Part shown: positions 57,983-64,000 of the stretch, one piece after another
Layout: each line of letters begins with the position of its first letter
Numbering within the stretch: the first letter of the stretch is position 1
Source of the DNA: a virus
Length of the DNA stretch: 64,000 nucleotides
Virus record (IMG/VR): IMGVR_UViG_3300037310_000404
Location: 62,998-126,997 of that record
Direction: 5' to 3' (one strand)
Notes under the pieces: generated by a model
The model's input: only the letters and a program-made list of their open reading frames with translations
Databases searched by the model: none
What the model was told of the DNA's origin: nothing
Translations under genes and position numbers: made by a program

Positions 57983-58457
57983 AAACATCGTTGGTGAGAC
58001 AATAGAGGCAATGAACTCAAATAACTGTGATCAAATCGATGCTTATCAAAAAATAGATCACAAGGTTGGCGACTTCATTGAACTTCAGCTTTACAAGCCG
58101 CAAGATCCATCACAATTAGAATTAAAGAAAATTTCTGACGGAGTTTTTGAGATAAAAAGAAAAAGCGCCGTGGCGATGATGTCTACACACGAGGCGGTCA
58201 GGGCAGTCGTTGCCGAAGTAAACCTTAAAAATAAACCGTCGTCCATAGTGGTTTTAAGCAAATTTGATTTTGTAACAAAAGATACTATAGAAACTTATGA
58301 TCCATATCCAATATACGCGACCATAGATAACGGTGAGTTGGTTATGACTAGTCTAGAAAAAGGCGTAGCAAAATTTGAAACTTATGTTATGGTCGCTTCC
58401 GACGGCGGGAATCTGTTTGGCGCTATGGCCCTATGTCTTCGCCCTCGTCAAAAGTAG
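57975..58457 (+). CDS. Hypothetical protein
   Basis: Coupled ORF. Confidence 0.65.
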   Translation: MFENIVGETIEAMNSNNCDQIDAYQKIDHKVGDFIELQLYKPQDPSQLELKKISDGVFEIKRKSAVAMMSTHEAVRAVVAEVNLKNKPSSIVVLSKFDFVTKDTIETYDPYPIYATIDNGELVMTSLEKGVAKFETYVMVASDGGNLFGAMALCLRPRQK

Positions 58458-59022
58458 AATCAAGGACTTCAAGTTGTTCATTTACCTCCACGGAAAACGA
58501 ATATCTAGTAGGAACATCTTGCTTAGAGTTTATATTTGTCCATATTCCGCTTTGAAGTTCCTGAAAACTGCCAAGGTTTCCAACCCTAAAACCAGCTTCC
58601 CCAAATCTGCACTCTAAAAATCTGGCCTCGTCGCTTCCCGATTCTGGCGTCCTTATGCGCAAATCAATACTGCTTTCTTCTGCCACATTGTCAAAATCTC
58701 TAATTATAAAAATATTTACCTTATATCCATCGTCATGGATTACTGTTAAATAGTGAATATCGCTGTAAATAGCTGAGGGGCATATGGTAATGCTATCCAG
58801 CTGGCCCGTGCCAGTCTGAAGAGACGTCCACATAGACGATCTCCTTGGTTTGATTCTTTGGAATTCGTCTAACGAGTCTTTAATGATTTTAATTGTTTTC
58901 TTGTTTGTTGTCTTATTATTGAATGCGCAGCGGCTCAAAATATATTCAGAAAACCCAAGCGTTTCTATTGGGTCTTCGTTATTTCTAAGAAACGTCATTC
59001 TATCCATATGGTTATTATACAA
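58423..59022 (-). CDS. Hypothetical protein
   Basis: 199-aa ORF; start uncertain. Confidence 0.65.
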   Translation of the reverse strand: MYNNHMDRMTFLRNNEDPIETLGFSEYILSRCAFNNKTTNKKTIKIIKDSLDEFQRIKPRRSSMWTSLQTGTGQLDSITICPSAIYSDIHYLTVIHDDGYKVNIFIIRDFDNVAEESSIDLRIRTPESGSDEARFLECRFGEAGFRVGNLGSFQELQSGIWTNINSKQDVPTRYSFSVEVNEQLEVLDSTFDEGEDIGP

Positions 59023-59024
59023 AA

Positions 59025-59054
59025 AAATATGGCTGCTTTAAAGCAGCCATATTT
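59025..59054 (-). terminator. Intrinsic terminator
   Basis: Perfect 30-bp palindrome with a T-run on the minus strand. Confidence 0.75.
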
Positions 59055-59078
59055 CGAAGGGGATTGAATTGTTATAAA

Positions 59079-59486
59079 TTAAAAATGTAAAATTATTTTA
59101 TCATCATAAATTTCGGCCATATTAGGAAAGATAGAATGTTTACCCAAAGTTTTAGTGGCCTCTACTTCTACTTCAAGCTTTGACAGATCAATAGAATCCT
59201 CAAACGGCTTTTCCTCATAATCATTATCTGACCATACCTCTTCAACACCAGAAATTTTTACAACCTGAGGAGGTACAGTAATTGAAATATCTTTTATCCC
59301 CCAAGACCTAGCATCAATTTCGTATTTCCATTGCAATGATTGAATTTTTAAATTCTGAACCTCTCTATTATGAGAGGCCCTGTTGTCCTCTGCCGGGAAT
59401 GAATTACTTATAAAAGTATTATCGTCAGGTCTAAGCGAAAGATCTGAGTATTTTTTAATTATGTTTTTATAGGCTTTTTTATCCAT
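59079..59486 (-). CDS. Hypothetical protein
   Basis: 135-aa ORF. Confidence 0.7.
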   Translation of the reverse strand: MDKKAYKNIIKKYSDLSLRPDDNTFISNSFPAEDNRASHNREVQNLKIQSLQWKYEIDARSWGIKDISITVPPQVVKISGVEEVWSDNDYEEKPFEDSIDLSKLEVEVEATKTLGKHSIFPNMAEIYDDKIILHF

Positions 59487-59548
59487 CTTAATGTAATAGT
59501 TTTCTATAAAATAATTGAAATTTAATTCAATTGAAGTATAATAACAAT

Positions 59549-59812
59549 ATGAAAAAGATCAAATTTTATGATATTTACTGGGATATTGATTATGTCGATA
59601 TTGGCCAGGAAGAGGCGGCCACTAATCTTCCGATAGAATGTGAATTAGAAGTAGATGATAATTTTAATGTAGAATTCCAAGGTGAACAAGTGCTATACGA
59701 TCAGTTCGGGTTTTATGTCCTATCGTTTAAAAGCGTTGAATCTGCCCCACTGACAGCCGAGATGCTTTTAAATACACGAATACACCCGCAAGTAAAGGAT
59801 ATTAAAAACTAA
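59549..59812 (+). CDS. Hypothetical protein
   Basis: ATG 7 nt after TATAAT. Confidence 0.65.
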   Translation: MKKIKFYDIYWDIDYVDIGQEEAATNLPIECELEVDDNFNVEFQGEQVLYDQFGFYVLSFKSVESAPLTAEMLLNTRIHPQVKDIKN

Positions 59813-60405
59813 TGTCCACGCAATATTTCACAGAGGAGATTGCATCAGTGGCCACAACAGAGACCTTCACCGCATTCAGAATGCTAGCGTCTTTTCGGCA
59901 GAATCTAGATCAAAAATCGGGACCTAGGAACAGTTATATTGTGAATGAATATATTGGATATTTTTATAAATCAGAAGGCGGCAAGTGGTTCGGACCATTT
60001 AATTCTTCGACATATGCTATTAGGCACATGAGCAAACACGGCATATCACATACTGACAGTAAGATAGTTTTTGGGACCGCCATGGTTCAGGATCATACTG
60101 GCGAAATAGTTGCCTTTTTAACGAACTGCGTCAATGAGGTTAAAATCGTTGGTATTATGGAAGAAAAAGTTGAACTCATAACTCAGCACAACATCCAGCC
60201 AGACGCTGTTGGCGTAGAACCAGCTCCACCTCCACTTCAAATGATTCCAAAAGGGCAGCTGGCTTCGAGACACGCCATGTACAAAGCGATCAGTATGGTT
60301 GGTGAGAATGCTTTGGGGATATTGGGATCGATTAAGAAATGGTTTATGAAGAACCAAGAATCAAAAAATACAAACGATCAGAATATCTCTACTCCTATCT
60401 CGTAG
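59812..60405 (+). CDS. Hypothetical protein
   Basis: TAATG-coupled 197-aa ORF. Confidence 0.7.
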   Translation: MSTQYFTEEIASVATTETFTAFRMLASFRQNLDQKSGPRNSYIVNEYIGYFYKSEGGKWFGPFNSSTYAIRHMSKHGISHTDSKIVFGTAMVQDHTGEIVAFLTNCVNEVKIVGIMEEKVELITQHNIQPDAVGVEPAPPPLQMIPKGQLASRHAMYKAISMVGENALGILGSIKKWFMKNQESKNTNDQNISTPIS

Positions 60406-60785
60406 ATCGTCCACATCCCCGTCCCATAAGTATTATCAAGCTGATTTTTGACAGCCTGGGCATCTGCTAGTGTATGGTAGATCTTATCATCGTACGCTTT
60501 TACTAATTTTTTATTATTGGCAACTATCCATGCCTGATATGGATAATAAACAGGTGGTGCATTTATTATAGATGCGATATTTTTTGTATACGGATTTGTG
60601 TAATATTTTTTGAATATATATTTACTGACGCTAACACACTGCGAAGGATGTTGTCTGTTTTTTAACACTATTATCCCATCGATATAGTCCAAAAACTCAA
60701 CGTGTCTGGGCTGATTGAGCGTGCAATTGCTCGGCCACAGCCTTTCAAAATTTTGCCCTATATATTTTTTGTATTTTTTTCTCAT
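60378..60785 (-). CDS. Hypothetical protein
   Basis: ORF; start uncertain (60785 or 60815). Confidence 0.6.
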   Translation of the reverse strand: MRKKYKKYIGQNFERLWPSNCTLNQPRHVEFLDYIDGIIVLKNRQHPSQCVSVSKYIFKKYYTNPYTKNIASIINAPPVYYPYQAWIVANNKKLVKAYDDKIYHTLADAQAVKNQLDNTYGTGMWTIYEIGVEIF

Positions 60786-60870
60786 AGTATAACAATTATA
60801 TATAACATTTGGCATTTTATGTCAACCCATTTTATATGTTTTTATTATACTGGAACAATAGGGCAAAGTT

Positions 60871-60930
60871 ATGAATTATAAATATATAATAACTCAAAAA
60901 AAAGAAGAAAAAGTCGCCAAGGAAATATAA
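60871..60930 (+). CDS. 19-aa ORF MNYKYIITQKKEEKVAKEI
   Basis: N-terminus matches the MNY(K/R)x(L/I)I paralog tag. Confidence 0.35.
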   Translation: MNYKYIITQKKEEKVAKEI

Positions 60931-61031
60931 TTAATTAATTAAATTTTATTGGTTTTTTTTATAAAAAACTAGTATGATAGTAGAGTAATAATCCTACCAA
61001 ATTGATTAATTAATATATCACGGAGCGAATT

Positions 61032-61466
61032 ATGACAAATCCAAATGTAACTCTTAATATGATTAAGAGGCAGATTAAGCTGGCCGATGCTAACGTACCC
61101 GCCACGTTTACCGTAACCCTTGCACTAGTAAATGCTCAAGACGGAAAAGTAATGGTGGATGCTCAATACAAGGGAAATCCACAGATAATGCAAAAAGTAA
61201 ACGCTTTAATCGAGCGAGATTTCCTGCAGCTTATAAGTGAAGCTGCCAACCGGAGTCTACCGAATGAAAATTTTGATGATGAAGACTATCTAAATAGCTC
61301 AGGTCTAAAACAGTATTTTGAGCTCGAAGATAATACAGGAAAACAATTAGTGCAATTAGTAGAAGATGGATACAACCTCTTGAATGAATATGTATTCGAT
61401 CAGCCGACGTTATCCATAGACGAACCAACACCATTTATAGAACTAATCTTCCAGGCAAACATTTAA
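61032..61466 (+). CDS. Hypothetical protein
   Basis: SD GGAG. Confidence 0.7.
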   Translation: MTNPNVTLNMIKRQIKLADANVPATFTVTLALVNAQDGKVMVDAQYKGNPQIMQKVNALIERDFLQLISEAANRSLPNENFDDEDYLNSSGLKQYFELEDNTGKQLVQLVEDGYNLLNEYVFDQPTLSIDEPTPFIELIFQANI

Positions 61467-61484
61467 GTCAGCCTATTTTTTAGT

Positions 61485-61519
61485 ATAATCCCCTGGAGAT
61501 TAAATCTCCAGGGGATTAT
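61485..61519 (+). terminator. 16-bp perfect hairpin, probable terminator
   Basis: ataatcccctggagat-taa-atctccaggggattat. Confidence 0.65.
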
Positions 61520-61524
61520 TTATT

Positions 61525-61854
61525 ATGTCAATAAAACTCTTCATTTTAAAAATAGCACACTACCTATATAAAATAAAAAGAAAGAAATACATTATTGCTG
61601 AAAAAGAAACTATTATAAATTCAAAAATAACAGATAGCGTATTTCTGAGATTAAGACATAGGCACAGCTTTGAAAGTTTCGATGAGGCTTTTGGTTTTTT
61701 AAAAAGTCTTGATCTTCGCTCTTATTATAAAAAGAATAAAGAAAACAACTGCTATTACCTAAAGCACAACAACATAAAAACAACGTATCATCTGACTTCC
61801 GGATTTACCCCACTTGAAAAATATTTAGTTTTTAAGCATCACGAACAAAAGTAA
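61525..61854 (+). CDS. Hypothetical basic protein
   Basis: 109-aa ORF. Confidence 0.55.
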   Translation: MSIKLFILKIAHYLYKIKRKKYIIAEKETIINSKITDSVFLRLRHRHSFESFDEAFGFLKSLDLRSYYKKNKENNCYYLKHNNIKTTYHLTSGFTPLEKYLVFKHHEQK

Positions 61855-61867
61855 CTTAAATAGTATT

Positions 61868-62296
61868 TTAAACCGGCCAGATGTATGGCAAATCATCGGA
61901 AATATCGTTATTAAAATATCTGGCATAAAACTCTTTGTTCTTTCTTAAAAGATTAGATCTATGAGAATTATGAAAATCTTGCCTCCCCAACCAGGGAGGC
62001 ATTTCTTTTTTGATCACACCCAAAGATTTAATAATTCGCTTGCTCTTTTCTAGACATGTATCCTTGTAGCCAAAACCCGTCCAGGCGGCACAAACTGCTT
62101 TGATATATTGAAATAAGGCCCACTCATAACCACGCCACATCTTTACGGCCGGATGATTAATCCATGCACCGCTCTTGCCACGCCCAGCCAGGATCGACAA
62201 TATCTGCATGGCCTCGACCCGCTGCTTGCCGAGCCTACGCCTATCCAAAACCAGAGCGCTTTTTTTGAAGTCGTCGTATGGAAGAAATGTCTGCAT
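61868..62296 (-). CDS. Pyrimidine-dimer DNA glycosylase-like protein (MSMEG_6728 family)
   Basis: MQTFLPY, RLGKQRVEA.QI, NHPAVKMWRGYE, SHRSNLLRK. Confidence 0.88.
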   Translation of the reverse strand: MQTFLPYDDFKKSALVLDRRRLGKQRVEAMQILSILAGRGKSGAWINHPAVKMWRGYEWALFQYIKAVCAAWTGFGYKDTCLEKSKRIIKSLGVIKKEMPPWLGRQDFHNSHRSNLLRKNKEFYARYFNNDISDDLPYIWPV

Positions 62297-63000
62297 TATT
62301 TTTCCATATAAAAAGCAAAATCTTTGACAATAGCCGGTAGACTTTCGTTACTATCGTATATATCCTGTAGCCTTTTTGCTCCTTCTGCCATTTTCCTGAA
62401 CTTCTCGAAGCTTGTTCCGGCCAAGGCTATTTGTTCTGGAGTCATGGTATTTTCTATATATTCCACATAAGCCTTGATCATATAATGGCTTAGATGTGAA
62501 AGCTTACCAATAACTTCATCATGGGTTATGGCATTAATCTTTGTGGTTTTGAATCCCAGATCACGCCAAAATCTAGCTATTGGATGATTATCCAAATCGA
62601 TATCGCCAGAAATATCGTCGCTTATAATGATGCAGTTCTTGTTCCAATCCAAAATATCCCAATCGCCAGCAAGAGGTCCGACCATTGGATGAACAGACTT
62701 ATACGCATCGGAACCATGTGATAACGCTGCATATTTTCTGCACAAATCCCCTTTGACGCTACCTATTTCAGAAACATAGGTTCTATCAAGACGCATACTG
62801 TATAGTTTTTGTATAATCTGAGGAATAACTGATATAGGAGTAGCAATTATCACATGATTAATTTCACCAGCAACCTCTTCAATTTCTATCTCATCTCCAA
62901 TATCAAATACTTTAACTGGCCCATAGAACCTCTCGATTCTTTGTTTTAAAAGCTGGCCCATTACGCCATTGCCGACAATATAAGTTCTAGAGAATTTCAT
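62296..63000 (-). CDS. tyrA: Prephenate/arogenate dehydrogenase-like protein
   Basis: IVGNGVMG, IIATPI, EIGSVK, HPMVGP, HDEVIGKLSHLSH. Confidence 0.8.
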   Translation of the reverse strand: MKFSRTYIVGNGVMGQLLKQRIERFYGPVKVFDIGDEIEIEEVAGEINHVIIATPISVIPQIIQKLYSMRLDRTYVSEIGSVKGDLCRKYAALSHGSDAYKSVHPMVGPLAGDWDILDWNKNCIIISDDISGDIDLDNHPIARFWRDLGFKTTKINAITHDEVIGKLSHLSHYMIKAYVEYIENTMTPEQIALAGTSFEKFRKMAEGAKRLQDIYDSNESLPAIVKDFAFYMEK

Positions 63001-63045
63001 ATACACCTCAAGTCCATATTATCATATATAAACAATTTAGTCAAC

Positions 63046-63074
63046 TTGACATAAAATGAATTATATTGTATGAT
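63046..63074 (+). promoter_or_regulatory. sigma70 promoter
   Basis: TTGACA-17-TATGAT; back-to-back with TTGACT on the minus strand. Confidence 0.75.
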
Positions 63075-63080
63075 AGACTT

Positions 63081-63495
63081 ATGATAAGATTAAGATATAT
63101 AGGGCAGAGAAGAGCTCTTGGATTGCCGTCAAGGTTTATTACCTCGGACGTATTGACCGAAGCTGGGGAATGGAATCTTGAAACAATTGGCTTTTTTTTG
63201 GAGTGCCTAGGGAGCGATGGAAAGTGTTTAATTTTAAACAAAGATCATTATTTTATTGTTAAAAAACTTAATGATGAATCATATGAACTTATAATTAATA
63301 AGGAAAACCGGATATGGTAGTGTTCGCTCAGAAAAGTTTTCAACCGGCGCAAATGAATATTATGTTATATTTGATAAAAAATCAAAAATGCCAATTTATA
63401 TTAAATATAACGACAGGCTAAAAAATAAAGAGGAAGTAGTAAAGTTTCTACCCGATATTGTTATGTTTTTAGAAAAAGAATTAAATAAACAATAA
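63081..63495 (+). CDS. Hypothetical gene, probably split by a +1 frameshift at AAAA 63304-07
   Basis: Frame 1 stops at 63320; the +1 frame is open 63295-63495 with no usable start. Confidence 0.45.
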
Positions 63496-63594
63496 TTATC
63501 GTCAGTTTTTGACATTTGTTTAGTTAATTAATTTATTTCATACTATTTATTTTATAAAAAATTATTTAGTAAATCACCTGAGGGCTAAACTCAA

Positions 63595-64000
63595 ATGCCG
63601 TATTTCCCTAAAAAATTATTGGATTCTTTGGATACTTATCTAACTCGTCATAAAAAGAGAATGCGCGAATTAGAGAAGCGTAAAAAGCTAGAATTAGAAC
63701 AGAAGAAAACCAAAGAAGCTTTCGCCAAATTGCCCGTATATGAAAAGCTAGAAAAGCATATGGGTGAAAGAAAAAAGTTAATAGAAAAACTCAGAACAGA
63801 ACATCCGGATTGGGATTTTCAAAAAGCAAAAGAAGAAGCAGTAAAGATGCACGGATTCGCCAAACCGTTCGATTATCTAAAAGCAGCATCAGTAAAAAAT
63901 AAAGGAGCAGAAATGAAACCGAAAAAAGCATTTTACGATACACTGAGATCAGATAGAAAGAACAGATTGGCTTATATACTTGAGCCAAAAGAAGTGACTG
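63595..64000 (+). CDS. Hypothetical protein, truncated by the window end
   Basis: Open from ATG 63595 (MPYFPKKLLDS...) to the end of the window. Confidence 0.7.
   Translation, partial: MPYFPKKLLDSLDTYLTRHKKRMRELEKRKKLELEQKKTKEAFAKLPVYEKLEKHMGERKKLIEKLRTEHPDWDFQKAKEEAVKMHGFAKPFDYLKAASVKNKGAEMKPKKAFYDTLRSDRKNRLAYILEPKEVT

Overview
Gene-dense, AT-rich 64 kb segment that reads as part of a large (jumbo/huge) bacteriophage genome in standard code 11. No capsid, terminase or polymerase gene is visible, so the phage call rests on gene content. Contents: nucleotide metabolism (dNMP kinase, thyA, dut); two sigma70-family factors; a ~9 kb glycosyltransferase/NDP-sugar cluster; an NAD+ salvage pair (NadM-Nudix + Nampt) followed by a SLOG protein; PhoH, SSB, MAP and PPase; four putative endonucleases (LAGLIDADG, two HNH, one PD-(D/E)XK) plus a stand-alone HNH-associated repeat; and a translation set (tmRNA, tRNA-Ser, RF2, Thg1, a class II nucleotidyltransferase). 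Best observations: (1) an apparently unannotated ~210-nt multi-stem RNA closed by a ~24-bp rod ending in ACCA, co-transcribed behind a DIP1984/DUF6847-like coiled-coil gene between a perfect sigma70 promoter and a terminator; (2) a tmRNA interrupted in its T-loop by a group I intron carrying a LAGLIDADG endonuclease; (3) RF2 retaining the +1 programmed frameshift, with a CTT TGA T variant; (4) an isomerase-kinase-phosphatase-nucleotidyltransferase sugar-activation module built from non-canonical enzymes; (5) eight otherwise different proteins sharing an N-terminal Y-[LIM]-G-[QE] tag; (6) a palindromic TTTTATAAAA intergenic motif and several leaderless genes. All family assignments come from motif recognition by eye; no database searches were run.
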